Notes: generated by a model from the letters alone, not told the origin. Counted from the first letter of the stretch, positions 26,601 through 35,801 are shown. The stretch is DNA of 63,946 nucleotides from Frankiaceae bacterium (GCA_017882785.1 JADGOV010000005.1:1-63946); one strand, 5' to 3'. Numbers and translations: made by a program.

Positions 26601-26871
26601 CCCCGGCGGCCTTGCGGCTGAAGGTCAGAACGAGGATCTCCCCGGGATCCGCCCCACGGTGCTCCACGCGGTGCACGACCGACTCCACGATCGATGTCGT
26701 CTTTCCGGTGCCGGGGCCCGCGAGAACGAGGAGCGGCCCGCCGGGATGCTCGACGACCCGGCGCTGCGCCGAGTCCAGAACCCGCGGCTTGACCGGGGCA
26801 GGCTCCTGGCGCACGAGGCGGTAGGCCGGTGGCTCAGGCCGAACCGCGGACGGCTGGTCTCCAGGTGGCAT
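23647..26871 (-). CDS. adnA: AdnA helicase-nuclease subunit
   Basis: AGPGTGKT, nuclease GRVDR...DLKTG and Fe-S cysteines (RCPLRW...CRSCPARTSC); overlaps the adnB start. Confidence 0.92.
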   Translation of the reverse strand: MPPGDQPSAVRPEPPAYRLVRQEPAPVKPRVLDSAQRRVVEHPGGPLLVLAGPGTGKTTSIVESVVHRVEHRGADPGEILVLTFSRKAAGELRSRIAGRLGRTTREPLALTFHSYAFALLRQDALRMGTPVPRVLSGPEHDLEIRRLLQGEAADGAWAWPARLRPALSTRGFAQELRDLLLRAQERGLDDVSLARLGRAHGRGDWVAAAGFLRRYGQRFAVDIAGPAVDYAQLVRRAADLLADDVVASEQRAARPYVYVDEYQDTDPAQEQLLHSLAGGGRDLVVVGDPDQSIYAFRGADVGNVLHFPERFRTVRGHPAPVIALRTCRRSGAALLAASRRVASRLPAGRAARHHRALEAAPGLPVGEVVVHLADSAAQEAALVADVLRRAHVVDGVAWSRMAVLLRSASRSLPTLRRGLATAGVPTTVAGVEAPLVDEPAVRPLLLLLRCALTPATLDDDAAVELLIGPLGRADAIQLRRLRRALSELHALAAPAERSPAGDQGGSGARRTPFADLLRNPAEVAGLPSELCRPVIRIGTLLRVAADSAEAAGTAEDVLWAVWSASGLATEWETASAAGGPAGTAADRALDAVLALFDAAGRFVDRLPGAGPLLFLEDITYREVPGDSLAEQAPDGDAVRLLTAHRAKGMEWDVVVVAGVQEGAWPDLRLRGSLLGTEHLVEVLTGYAQGPVATGAAALAEERRLFYVAATRARRKLVVTAVGGVEQDVDLRPSRFLGELLPAEEMTATVAPRALTMPALVAELRSVVTDPTRSDSLRSTAASRLAELAAADVPGAAPAHWHALTALSTSAPLRLPTASVAVSPSQVEGVARCPLRWLLERAVGGGAPPGPAQTVGSVVHALAALVTDPAAADERELVRRLDAVWDELDLGAPWFSRAQHDVAVREVRKFLEWHRRNPRQLAAVEEEFEVAAGPVQLRGRVDRLERDRDGRGVVVDLKTGSRRPDAEELRRHPQLGVYQLAVALGAFARFGLTTPGGAELVQLGAAGRTNAALAQSQPPPGEDDPDWVGQLLHVVAEDMRGPRFRVTENDSCRSCPARTSCPLQPEGAQVTGVHQ

Positions 26872-26878
26872 GACAGGC

Positions 26879-26900
26879 ATTGGACCACTCAGCACTGACA
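26879..26900 (-). promoter_or_regulatory. PafBC/RecA-NDp-type promoter
   Basis: TGTCAGTG-8 nt-TCCAAT-7 nt-ATG. Confidence 0.7.
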
Positions 26901-26971
26901 GAAAGTGCCGATGCCCGCACTGAGGCCCGTCCGAGGCCCGCGCCGCGACCTACCCCATCGGCAAGGCCAGA

Positions 26972-27000
26972 CCTATCCCGCGCCTATCCCGCGCCTATCC
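26972..27000. repeat. 11-bp tandem repeat
   Basis: cctatcccgcg x2 plus cctatcc. Confidence 0.8.
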
Positions 27001-27003
27001 TGC

Positions 27004-27288
27004 TCAGCCGTCCCACCGGGCCCGGTCCAGGTCGACCCGCCCAGCCCGCACGTGCGCTCCCTCCTCGCGCAGCAGCAGGAGTGCCCTCGGTGCATGCCCG
27101 GGAGCCGGGGCACCCGAGGCCAGCACGACGCGGTGCCAGGGAACCTCGTCGCCGTGCCGGGCCAGAACCATGCCGACCGCCCGGGGCGCGGCGCTGCCGA
27201 CCAGCTCCGCGACGTCGCCGTAGGTCAGCACCCGGCCGGGCGGAATGGCATCGACCACGTCGAGCACCCGGCGGGCAAACGGTGTCAT
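27004..27288 (-). CDS. Alkyltransferase-like (ATL, MGMT family) protein
   Basis: IPPGRVLTYGDVA, PRAVG and PWHRV (Trp replaces the catalytic Cys). Confidence 0.9.
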   Translation of the reverse strand: MTPFARRVLDVVDAIPPGRVLTYGDVAELVGSAAPRAVGMVLARHGDEVPWHRVVLASGAPAPGHAPRALLLLREEGAHVRAGRVDLDRARWDG

Positions 27289-27319
27289 CGGTGCCCGTCG
27301 GGGCGCGGCACGGGTGGGC

Positions 27320-28492
27320 TCAGTACACCGGCAGCGTCTTGTCCACCTGGGTCGCCCATGCGGTCACCCCACCCTGGACGTGCATCGCGTCGCCGAAGCC
27401 GGCACCCTTCAGCAGCGCCAGTGACTCGGCAGAGCGCACTCCGGTCTTGCAGTACAGCACTATCGGCCTGTCCTGCGGCAGTTCGGCCAGCCGGTCAGGG
27501 AGGTCGCCCTTCGGGATGAGCACCGAGCCCGGGATGCGGACGATCTCCCACTCGGCCGGCTCCCGGACATCGACCAGCAGGAGCCGCTCCCTGCGCTCGA
27601 CCATATCCGCGAGCTCAGCCGCGGTGATCGTGGAGTCGGCCGCCGCCTGCGCCGCCTCCTCCGACACCACGCCGCAGAACGCCTCGTAGTCGATCAACTC
27701 GGTGATCGTCGGGTTCTTGCCACAGATCGGGCACTCCGGATCCTTGCGTACGTTGACCGTGCGGTAGGTCATCTCCAGCGCGTCATAGATCATCAACCGA
27801 CCCACCAGCGGGTCACCGATGCCGACGAGGAGTTTGATCGCCTCGGTGGTCTGGATCGAGCCGATGGAGCCACAGAGGACGCCGAGGACTCCCCCCTCGG
27901 CACAGGAGGGCACCATGCCCGGCGGCGGGGGCTCCGGGTACAGGCATCGGTAGCACGGCCCGTAATCCGCCCAGAACACGCTGGCCTGACCGTCGAAGCG
28001 GTAGATCGAGCCCCAGACGTAGGGCTTGCCGAGCAGGACGCAAGCGTCGTTGACCAGGTAGCGGGTGGCGAAGTTGTCGGTCCCGTCGACGATGAGGTCG
28101 TAGTCGGCGAAAACGGACATGACGTTGTCGGCGTCGAGCCGCACCTCGTGGAGGCGGACGTCGATGAGTGGGTTGATCTCCCGGATCGAGTCGCGGGCCG
28201 ACTCGGCCTTGCTCCGCCCGACGTCGGACCGGCCGTGGATGATCTGGCGCTGCAGATTGGACTCGTCGACGGTGTCGTAGTCGATCACCCCGAGCGTGCC
28301 AACGCCGGCCGCGGCCAGGTACATCAGGGTTGGCGAGCCCAGCCCACCCGCACCCACTGCGAGCACCTTGGCGTTCTTCAGCCGTTTCTGCCCGGTCATC
28401 GCAACGTCCGGGATGATGAGATGGCGTGAGTAGCGGCGAATCTCCTCCGCGCTCAGCGCGGCAGCCGGTTCGACGAGCGGGGGCAACGACAC
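27320..28492 (-). CDS. moeZ: Adenylyltransferase/sulfurtransferase MoeZ
   Basis: RYSRHLIIP, GAGGLG, SNLQRQ, PCYRC and a C-terminal rhodanese domain (YCKTGVRS). Confidence 0.95.
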   Translation of the reverse strand: MSLPPLVEPAAALSAEEIRRYSRHLIIPDVAMTGQKRLKNAKVLAVGAGGLGSPTLMYLAAAGVGTLGVIDYDTVDESNLQRQIIHGRSDVGRSKAESARDSIREINPLIDVRLHEVRLDADNVMSVFADYDLIVDGTDNFATRYLVNDACVLLGKPYVWGSIYRFDGQASVFWADYGPCYRCLYPEPPPPGMVPSCAEGGVLGVLCGSIGSIQTTEAIKLLVGIGDPLVGRLMIYDALEMTYRTVNVRKDPECPICGKNPTITELIDYEAFCGVVSEEAAQAAADSTITAAELADMVERRERLLLVDVREPAEWEIVRIPGSVLIPKGDLPDRLAELPQDRPIVLYCKTGVRSAESLALLKGAGFGDAMHVQGGVTAWATQVDKTLPVY

Positions 28493-28621
28493 AGCACTCC
28501 TCCTTGCCGACGGGCAGCGGCACCGGCTTGCCGCCACACCCTGATAGAGAACCCCCGCATCCGGCGGCCGATTCCCAGCGCCGGAACACCGGGCAGGGTG
28601 AGCCGGTTCGAGCCGCCGGAC

Positions 28622-29497
28622 TCAGCGAGGCGGAAAGGGCCAGGGGTTCGGACGGCAGGCACCGATGCCCTTGGTCTGCTGCATCATCACCGGGGCGAGT
28701 TGGCCTGGCCCCCCGCACTGCTGGTGGTCATGCCCCAGCGCATGACCGACCTCGTGGTTGACCACGTACAGCCGGTAGGACGCCAGGTCGCTGCCGTAGG
28801 ACGGCGCGGACCCGCGCCAGCGGGCGTCGTTGACGACCGACTTGCCCCCGGAGAAGCAGGAGAGCCGGTAGTCGATCTCCAGCGGCTTGCACAGCTGCTC
28901 GGCGAGCGTCGGCGAGGCCAGGACGACCGTGAAGGCGGCCCACCCGGAGTCCACCCGCTGGAAGGACAGCCGACTCCCCCAGCTGTGGGGGTCGGTCAGC
29001 GTCCGCTGGACAGCAGCGGCAAAGGCCGGCCCGTCCTCCCCGATGCCACCCTCGAGTTGGACCCGGTAGGTCCGCAGTGGCCCCTTGCCGCCAACCGAGG
29101 AGCGACCCGACACGGTGGCGAGCCGACCGTTGCCCTTGGGCACCGCGGCGCCGGTACCCAGCGTCGCTGACGGTGTCGGTGGGGCGGGCGTCGGGCCGGA
29201 GCCGGTCGTGTCCTCGGTCGGCGCATCATCGCGGGACCGCTCCATCGACATCGCCGCCGGCGGGGACAGCGTCGGCGTGCTGCCCGCGCTACCTGTGTTG
29301 CCCGTGCTCAATGACGAGGTCGCTGACGTCGATGTCGCTGACGGTGAGGGGTATGCCGCCGGTGTCGCCGGGGAAGGGTGCCCGGAGGCATCCGCCGGGT
29401 GGCGATGGACCAACGTGGGCAGGACGTGCGGCCCGATGATGACTACCGCGGTCGCCATGACACCACAGGCGATCCGACCACGGTTCGTCAGTCGCAC
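28622..29497 (-). CDS. DUF3152 membrane-anchored zinc peptidase-like protein
   Basis: TL.DP.SW, YVVNHEVGHALGH, APVMMQQT and PNPWP. Confidence 0.9.
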   Translation of the reverse strand: MRLTNRGRIACGVMATAVVIIGPHVLPTLVHRHPADASGHPSPATPAAYPSPSATSTSATSSLSTGNTGSAGSTPTLSPPAAMSMERSRDDAPTEDTTGSGPTPAPPTPSATLGTGAAVPKGNGRLATVSGRSSVGGKGPLRTYRVQLEGGIGEDGPAFAAAVQRTLTDPHSWGSRLSFQRVDSGWAAFTVVLASPTLAEQLCKPLEIDYRLSCFSGGKSVVNDARWRGSAPSYGSDLASYRLYVVNHEVGHALGHDHQQCGGPGQLAPVMMQQTKGIGACRPNPWPFPPR

Positions 29498-29617
29498 ACG
29501 AGCGACACTACGCAGGGACAGCGATGAAGCGGGGGACGGCACGCCGATGCTTGTCCCCGAGCGAGGCGGGTAGACCACCGGAGCACGAAGCCCGCATCCG
29601 AGGAAGGGGGACCGCTC

Positions 29618-29788
29618 GTGGGAGCGATGGACAAGGCGACAGACAAGCTCGAGGAACTGCAGGGCGAGGCGAAGGAAAAGCTCGGCCAGGCAACCGACAA
29701 CGATCAGTTGCAGGCCGAGGGGCAAGCCGACCAGGCGAAGGGGAACCTGAAGCAGGCCGGCGAGAAGATCAAGGATGCTTTCAGCTAG
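29618..29788 (+). CDS. CsbD-family stress protein, 56 aa
   Basis: Not in the track. MGAMDKATDKLEELQGEAKEKLGQATDNDQLQAEGQADQAKGNLKQAGEKIKDAFS. Confidence 0.93.
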   Translation: MGAMDKATDKLEELQGEAKEKLGQATDNDQLQAEGQADQAKGNLKQAGEKIKDAFS

Positions 29789-29824
29789 TCCGACGCATCC
29801 CGGGCCTTACGGTGCCGGGCGCGG

Positions 29825-30799
29825 TCAGGCTTGGTGGCCGAGGTGGTCCAGTACCGCCTCGGCTACCGTCATGGGGTGCTCCAGCTGGGCGACGTGCCCC
29901 GAGTCCTCCAACACCAGCAGCCGAGATGTGGGGAAGGTCCGGGCCGCCCGGGGGGCCATCCGCACGTCGACCAGCTTGTCGTGTCGCCCGAAGACCAGCA
30001 GGGTCGGCGCCTGCACCCGGCCGGCCTGCCGCCACAGGTTGCCCGACCCGATGACGAAGTAGGAGTCGGCCAGCCCGCGCAGGGAACCCATGAACGCCTC
30101 CCGGTCCAGGCCGCTTTCCTGCCGACGGCGTAGTTCCCCCGCGCTGTACTGCAACCGCTGCGGGTTGGCCAGTGACGGGTCGGCGTAACACAGCTCGGTC
30201 AACCGTTTGACCTGCTCCTCGACCGGGGTACGGGTCAGCCGCTTGTACAGCACGGCCTGGATGCCGGGCACCAGCAGCAGGGGCATGTGGACGTTGCTGC
30301 GCTTGGGTCGGTACACCGGCAGGGCCGGCGAGACGAGGGTCAACGTGCGCAGCAAGTCGGGACGTTGGGCGGCAAGGCTGGTGGCCACCGCGCCGCCGAG
30401 GGAGTTCCCGAACAGGTGCACCGGGCCGCGACCCTGCTGCTCGATCAAAGCAACGACCGCAGCGACGTGCTCCTTCAGCGGATATCGGCCACTCGGCGGC
30501 GGGTCGGAGCGTCCCCAACCGGGCAGATCCGGCGCGATCCCGGCCAGCCACGGCTCGAGGAGGTACATCAGGTCGGTCCAGTCCGTCGACGCACCACCCA
30601 GCCCGTGCACGTACACCGCCGGCTCGGCGTTCGGGGCAACCGGGGTACGCCGGACGAACAGGCGGTAAGCGCCGACCGCCTCCTTCTCACCGTCGAAGAC
30701 GGCCACTGGCGGCTCCTTGCCCGCCGGCAAGCGTGGCAGCGTGCGGACAGGGCTGTGCGGCGTGCCCGGGTGTGCCTGCGGGGCTGCGTCCGACGTCAT
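29825..30799 (-). CDS. Alpha/beta hydrolase
   Basis: HGLGG, GNSLGG, GRHD and GHVAQLE. Confidence 0.9.
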   Translation of the reverse strand: MTSDAAPQAHPGTPHSPVRTLPRLPAGKEPPVAVFDGEKEAVGAYRLFVRRTPVAPNAEPAVYVHGLGGASTDWTDLMYLLEPWLAGIAPDLPGWGRSDPPPSGRYPLKEHVAAVVALIEQQGRGPVHLFGNSLGGAVATSLAAQRPDLLRTLTLVSPALPVYRPKRSNVHMPLLLVPGIQAVLYKRLTRTPVEEQVKRLTELCYADPSLANPQRLQYSAGELRRRQESGLDREAFMGSLRGLADSYFVIGSGNLWRQAGRVQAPTLLVFGRHDKLVDVRMAPRAARTFPTSRLLVLEDSGHVAQLEHPMTVAEAVLDHLGHQA

Positions 30800-31428
30800 A
30801 CGGGGCGCTCCTCTCCGTCCGGACCGATCCGAACGGACGGATTGGCTCCTACGCCCATCATGCCGTCTGGCGTGACGAGCACACCTGAGCATTCCGGAAC
30901 GCCGAGCAGGTCGACCCCGTCGGGGGCCTCGATCGGCGGCGGCCCCCCGGTGTAGTGGGGCAGTACGAGAACCTCCGTCACCGCACCCAACCCGGCGACG
31001 ATCCGGTCACCGCCGTCAGGCAGCCACATCTGTCCGCAGAGCACCATGGCGCCGGCGCTGGCCCCCATCACCACGCCTCCCCGGCGCAGCACGCCGACAA
31101 CCGCCGCACCCAGAGCCGTACCCACCAGTGCTGTGCGCAGCCGGGTCGGGGAACCGCCGGGCAGGACGAGCAGACGCGCCAAGGCGACCGCGGCCAGCGC
31201 GGCTTCCGGATCGGAGCGGTAGTCGGGGGGTGCGGTCATTGTGCCGCCGAGCGCTGTGAAGTGCCGGACGCCGTTGGTAACCGCCGCGGTGTACTCCCGA
31301 CCGGGCCGGCTGGCCAGCGCCACGATGACCCCCGGTCTGCCCCCGGCCCGCTCGAGGAGGTCCTTGTCCATCTCCCGGCAGGCCGGACTGAACTCAGCGC
31401 CACCCTGCAGACACACTGTTCCGGGCAC
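30796..31428 (-). CDS. Peptidase S51/cyanophycinase-like (GATase1 fold)
   Basis: LQGGAEF, LPGGSP, GASAGAM and LPHY. Confidence 0.85.
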   Translation of the reverse strand: MPGTVCLQGGAEFSPACREMDKDLLERAGGRPGVIVALASRPGREYTAAVTNGVRHFTALGGTMTAPPDYRSDPEAALAAVALARLLVLPGGSPTRLRTALVGTALGAAVVGVLRRGGVVMGASAGAMVLCGQMWLPDGGDRIVAGLGAVTEVLVLPHYTGGPPPIEAPDGVDLLGVPECSGVLVTPDGMMGVGANPSVRIGPDGEERPV

Positions 31429-31450
31429 AAGCCCGGAATCTACCGCCGGT

Positions 31451-32407
31451 TCAGGCCGACTTGCGCCGCCCCGTCCGCGCCGGGGCCGCCTTCTTCGCCG
31501 GCTTGCCGTCCTGATCCGCCGGAGTGGTTGCGGCCTTGCGCCCGCGGGTCGCCTTCGACGGTGACCCGCTCTGCGGGGCCGTGGTCCGCTCCGCCGCTCC
31601 GGCGCCGTCCTCGCCCGTCGCGCTGCCGGATCTGCCCTGCTTCGCCGCCTCCACGCTGGCCCGCAACGCGGACATCAGGTCGACCACGGTGCCGGAATCG
31701 GCCACCGGCTCAGGCGGCGCCACCACCTCCCGTCCCTCCACCTTGGCCTCGATCATGGCCTGGAGGGCTTCCCGGTAGTTGTCGGTGTACTGCTCGGGAG
31801 CGAAGTCGCCGGTGAGCGTCTCGATCAGCGACCGGGCCATCTGCAGTTCCTGCGGCCGCACCTCGACGTGTTCGGCCAGGAACCCGAAGTCAGGCTTTCG
31901 GATCTCGTCCGGCCACAGCATCATCTCCAGCACGAAGACCCCGTCCCGCACCCGCAGGGTCGCCAGGGACTCTCGCTGGCGCAGGGCGATCTTCACCAGG
32001 GCAACCTGCCCGGACTCCTCGAGCGCGTCCCGCAACAGCACGTAGGGCCGGGTACCGGCAGCCTCGGGCTCCAGGTAGTAACTCTTCGCGAAGTGGATCG
32101 GGTCGACCTGCTCCAGTGGAACGAACTCCAGCACGTCGATCGTCCGACTGGTGGACAGTGGCAGGTCGGCGAAGTCCTCGTCGGTGAGCACGACCACCTC
32201 ACCGCTGGGGAGCTCGTACCCCTTGGCGATCTCGCCGTAGGAGATCTCCTCACCGTCGATCGAGCACACCCGCTTGTACCGCACCCGGCCGGCGTCCTGA
32301 CGGTGCACCTGGTGGAAGGAGACGTCCCTCTCCTCTGTCGCGGAGTAGAGCTTCACCGGGATCGTGACCAGGCCGAAGCTGATCGCGCCCTTCCAGATGC
32401 TGCGCAT
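31451..32407 (-). CDS. ku: NHEJ protein Ku
   Basis: MRSIWKGAISFGLVTIPVKLYSA, KGYE, VVDLMSALRAS and a basic tail. Confidence 0.96.
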   Translation of the reverse strand: MRSIWKGAISFGLVTIPVKLYSATEERDVSFHQVHRQDAGRVRYKRVCSIDGEEISYGEIAKGYELPSGEVVVLTDEDFADLPLSTSRTIDVLEFVPLEQVDPIHFAKSYYLEPEAAGTRPYVLLRDALEESGQVALVKIALRQRESLATLRVRDGVFVLEMMLWPDEIRKPDFGFLAEHVEVRPQELQMARSLIETLTGDFAPEQYTDNYREALQAMIEAKVEGREVVAPPEPVADSGTVVDLMSALRASVEAAKQGRSGSATGEDGAGAAERTTAPQSGSPSKATRGRKAATTPADQDGKPAKKAAPARTGRRKSA

Positions 32408-32584
32408 GGGACCCTGCCGTGGGGAAGACGGTGCGGATGGGGTACCCGCCTGGACTCCGATCATTGCCTGGACAGGTTTGCCTCCGCAATGCCCAGGAGC
32501 GCGCTGTTCGGGCGAAACGGGCCCGAGTCAGGAGGAGTCGCGCTGGCCCCGTTCCGCAGCCCGGTGCCGGGGTAGGTGATCGTT

Positions 32585-34030
32585 GTGGGTCTCGAGACGT
32601 ACCGGAACAAGCGCGACGCCCTGCGTACGCCCGAGCCGATGCCGCCCCCGGGACCGCTGCCGAGCGGGAACGACGACACCTTCGTCATCCAGGAGCACCA
32701 TGCCCGGGCCCTGCACTGGGACTTCCGGCTGGAACGGGGCGGGGTGCTGGTGTCCTGGGCGGTGCCGAAGGGCCTGCCGCTGGACCCACGAACCAATCAC
32801 CTGGCCAAGCACACCGAGGACCACCCACTGGACTACGCCGGGTTCGCCGGTGCGATCCCGGCCGGGGAGTACGGCGGCGGCTCGGTGCTGTTGTGGGACC
32901 GCGGTAGGTACGACTGCGAGAAGTGGTCGGACCGCGAGGTGAAGGTGGTGCTGCACGGCGCTCGGATCAGCGGGCGCTACGTGCTGTTCCGGACGGGACC
33001 TTCGGGCAGCCAGGACTGGATGGTGCACCGGATGGACCCGCCCCCCGAGCCGACCTGGCAACCCCTGCCCGAGTTGGTCCGGCCGATGCTGGCCACCCCG
33101 GCGGACGGGCCGCCCGGCGACGACACGGCCTGGGGATTCGAGTTCAAGTGGGACGGCGTCCGGGCGATCGTCTACATCGAAGGCGGCCGGCCGCGGGTCC
33201 TCAGCCGCAACGAGCGGGACGTCACCGGGTCCTACCCGGAGCTGCGGGCGCTGGCCGATGCCCAGGGCGCCCGGCAGATCGTCCTGGACGGCGAGATCGT
33301 GGCGATGGACGAGGCGGGCCGGCCGAGTTTCGGTCGCCTGCAGGAGCGCATGCACGTCACCAGGCCCGCCGCGGTCCGCCGGCTGGCCACGACAGTGCCG
33401 GTGACCTACCTGATCTTCGACCTGCTGCACGTCGACGGCAGCTCGACCCTGGCGCTCGGCTATGCCGAGCGGCGGGCACTGCTGGAATCGCTGGACCTCG
33501 CCGGCCCATCCTGGACGCTTGCGCCCTCGTTCGCCGGCGGCGGGGCGGCAGTGTTGCAGGCGAGCCGGGAGGCCGGGTTGGAGGGGATCGTGGCCAAACG
33601 GCTCGACTCGCCTTACCTCCCCGGGCGGCGCAGCGAGCACTGGCTGAAGGTGAAGAACCTGCGACAGCAGGAGGTGGTCGTCGGCGGGTGGAAGCCGGGG
33701 ACGGGCCGTCGGGCACGCACCTTCGGCTCGCTGCTGCTCGGCGTACCGAACGCCGACGGCGGCCTGGCCTACGTCGGGCACGTCGGGACAGGCTTCTCCG
33801 ACGCTGCGCTGGAGGTGCTGCAGCCGCGGCTCGACGCGTTGGCCGCCGACCACAGCCCGTTCGCCCCCGAAGTGCCCCGCGAGCATGCCCGAGGCGCCCA
33901 CTGGGTGCGGCCGGAACTGGTGGGTGAGGTCGCGTACGGCGAGCTGACCCGGGACGGCCGGCTGCGGCATCCGACCTGGCGGGGGGTGCGGGCGGACAAG
34001 GAGCCGGCGCAGGTGCGGCATGAGCGCTGA
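32585..34030 (+). CDS. ligD: LigD, phosphoesterase plus ATP-dependent ligase domains
   Basis: FVIQEHHARALHWDFRLE, EDHP, EFKWDG, LDGEI, FDLL, EGIVAK and WLKVK. Confidence 0.95.
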   Translation: MGLETYRNKRDALRTPEPMPPPGPLPSGNDDTFVIQEHHARALHWDFRLERGGVLVSWAVPKGLPLDPRTNHLAKHTEDHPLDYAGFAGAIPAGEYGGGSVLLWDRGRYDCEKWSDREVKVVLHGARISGRYVLFRTGPSGSQDWMVHRMDPPPEPTWQPLPELVRPMLATPADGPPGDDTAWGFEFKWDGVRAIVYIEGGRPRVLSRNERDVTGSYPELRALADAQGARQIVLDGEIVAMDEAGRPSFGRLQERMHVTRPAAVRRLATTVPVTYLIFDLLHVDGSSTLALGYAERRALLESLDLAGPSWTLAPSFAGGGAAVLQASREAGLEGIVAKRLDSPYLPGRRSEHWLKVKNLRQQEVVVGGWKPGTGRRARTFGSLLLGVPNADGGLAYVGHVGTGFSDAALEVLQPRLDALAADHSPFAPEVPREHARGAHWVRPELVGEVAYGELTRDGRLRHPTWRGVRADKEPAQVRHER

Positions 34031-34934
34031 GAAGGTGCGGGTCGCGGTCGAGGGCCGGGAGCTGGCGCTGTCCAACCTCGACAAGGTGCTCTACCCGGAC
34101 GTGGGCGTCACCAAGGGACAGGTCCTGGAGTACTACACGCGCATCGCGCCGGCGTTGCTGCCGCACCTGCGGGATCGGCCGCTGACGTTCAAGCGCTATC
34201 CCGACGGGGTGGCCGGCAAGTCCTTCTTCGAGAAGAACACCCCCTCGCACGCGCCGGAATGGGTGCGTTCCGTGCCGCTGCCCACGCCGGGTTCGACGAA
34301 GGACCGGTCCAGGACGACATTCACGATCTGCGACGACCTCCCGACATTGATCTGGGCGGCGAACCTCGCGGTTCTGGAGTTCCACGTACCGATGTGGCAG
34401 GTGGACTCTCGCGGGCGGGCGCAGCCACCGGACCTGATGGTCTTCGACCTCGACCCCGGGCCGCCGGCCACAGTCGTCGAGTGCTGTCAGGTCGCGCTGG
34501 CAGTGCGCGCGGCGCTCGCCGAGGACGGGCTGCTCGCCTATCCCAAGACTTCCGGCTCGAAGGGGCTGCAGCTCTACGCGGGTCTGGCACCCGAGCGGCC
34601 GTGGGAGGACCTGCACAGCTACGCCCGGACACTCGCGCAGCGGCTGGAACGCGAGCGGCCTGACCTCGTGGTGTGGAACATGAAGAAGGCACTGCGCACC
34701 GGGAAGGTCCTCCTCGACTGGAGCCAGAACAACAGCGCCAAGACCACAGTCGCCGCGTATTCGCTGCGCGCTCGGCCCGAACCCACCGTCAGCACACCGG
34801 TGACCTGGGCTGAGGTCGAGGCGTGCGAGGCGCCGGCGGACCTGCGCTTCACCTACGGCCAGACCCTCGCCCGGGTGGCTGAGCACGATGACCTGCTCGC
34901 CCCGCTGGTCGGGGCTGTCCAGCACCTGCCGTAA
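34020..34934 (+). CDS. Stand-alone LigD polymerase (AEP) domain protein
   Basis: LSNLDKVLYP, RYPDG, FDLDPG, KTSGSKG and DWSQN. Confidence 0.93.
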   Translation: MSAEKVRVAVEGRELALSNLDKVLYPDVGVTKGQVLEYYTRIAPALLPHLRDRPLTFKRYPDGVAGKSFFEKNTPSHAPEWVRSVPLPTPGSTKDRSRTTFTICDDLPTLIWAANLAVLEFHVPMWQVDSRGRAQPPDLMVFDLDPGPPATVVECCQVALAVRAALAEDGLLAYPKTSGSKGLQLYAGLAPERPWEDLHSYARTLAQRLERERPDLVVWNMKKALRTGKVLLDWSQNNSAKTTVAAYSLRARPEPTVSTPVTWAEVEACEAPADLRFTYGQTLARVAEHDDLLAPLVGAVQHLP

Positions 34935-35275
34935 CGTGCCCAGCGCCCACGCACTGCGTGCAGGCCGTTGGGGCTGGCCTCGGCGGGGCACGTTGGACGA
35001 TCACGTTGCGGTTGTCGTGGTCCCTTCCGGAACGTTCGCGGGCCTGATGGGCTCCTTCGGGGGCTCACCCGAGACCACCCAACCCGGAACGTGACCGTCC
35101 CCAGCCGGGACCGCAGACACCGTTACCTCAGCGGTGCAGCCCTGCGTCCGCCGCCGGACCGGTGCCGGAGGCGACGCGCGCTGATACCGTGCACGCGTTC
35201 CCGTCACACGGTGAGGCGCTGGTGCCGCTGCTGCGCGAGCTGGCAGGCCTCAGTAGCTGAGTAGAGGAGACCGCC

Positions 35276-35461
35276 GTGCCCGACCCGGAGGCCGACATCG
35301 AGCTTCCCGTGGAAGACGCCGTCGAGCAGGATCAGGACGTTGCCGGGGAGGAATCACCGCCCCTGCCCGCAGCGCCGGACGCGGCCCTGCTGGAAGCGGA
35401 CGAGGCCGACGTCGCCGACCAGCAGTCGGTGGTGGACTACGGCGACGACGACTACCGCTGA
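35276..35461 (+). CDS. Small acidic hypothetical protein
   Basis: GAGGAG RBS; EADEADVADQQ motif. Confidence 0.65.
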   Translation: MPDPEADIELPVEDAVEQDQDVAGEESPPLPAAPDAALLEADEADVADQQSVVDYGDDDYR

Positions 35462-35573
35462 TCCGCCCGCTCGGGCGGCTTGACCCGGGGTCACCCGGGA
35501 TAGCCTGCGGTGGCAGACGCGAGCCTTGAAGCGACCTGACGCGACCCGAAGCGAAACGGCGGAGGATTCTGGC

Positions 35574-35801
35574 ATGGAAGTCAAGATCGGTGTCCAGCAC
35601 GCCGGCCGGGAGCTGGTGCTCGAGAGCGCGCAGTCCCCCGCCGAGGTAGAAAAGCTCGTCAGCGAGGCGTTGGCCACCGATGGCGGCATCCTGACCCTGG
35701 TCGATGAAAAGGGTCGTCGCGTCATCGTCCCTGTGGAACGACTCGCTTACGTCGAGATTGCCGAGAGCGAAAGTCGTCGAGTGGGATTCGGGGCGATGTG
35801 A
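35574..35801 (+). CDS. DUF3107 protein
   Basis: MEVKIGV...REL...LVDEKGRR...LAYVEI...RRVGF. Confidence 0.92.
   Translation: MEVKIGVQHAGRELVLESAQSPAEVEKLVSEALATDGGILTLVDEKGRRVIVPVERLAYVEIAESESRRVGFGAM

Noticed and set aside
34935-35275. Possible ncRNA or small ORF after the LigD polymerase (UUCG hairpin near 35049, repeated CCGGAACGT)
   Set aside because: No convincing promoter, extended structure or recognisable ORF.
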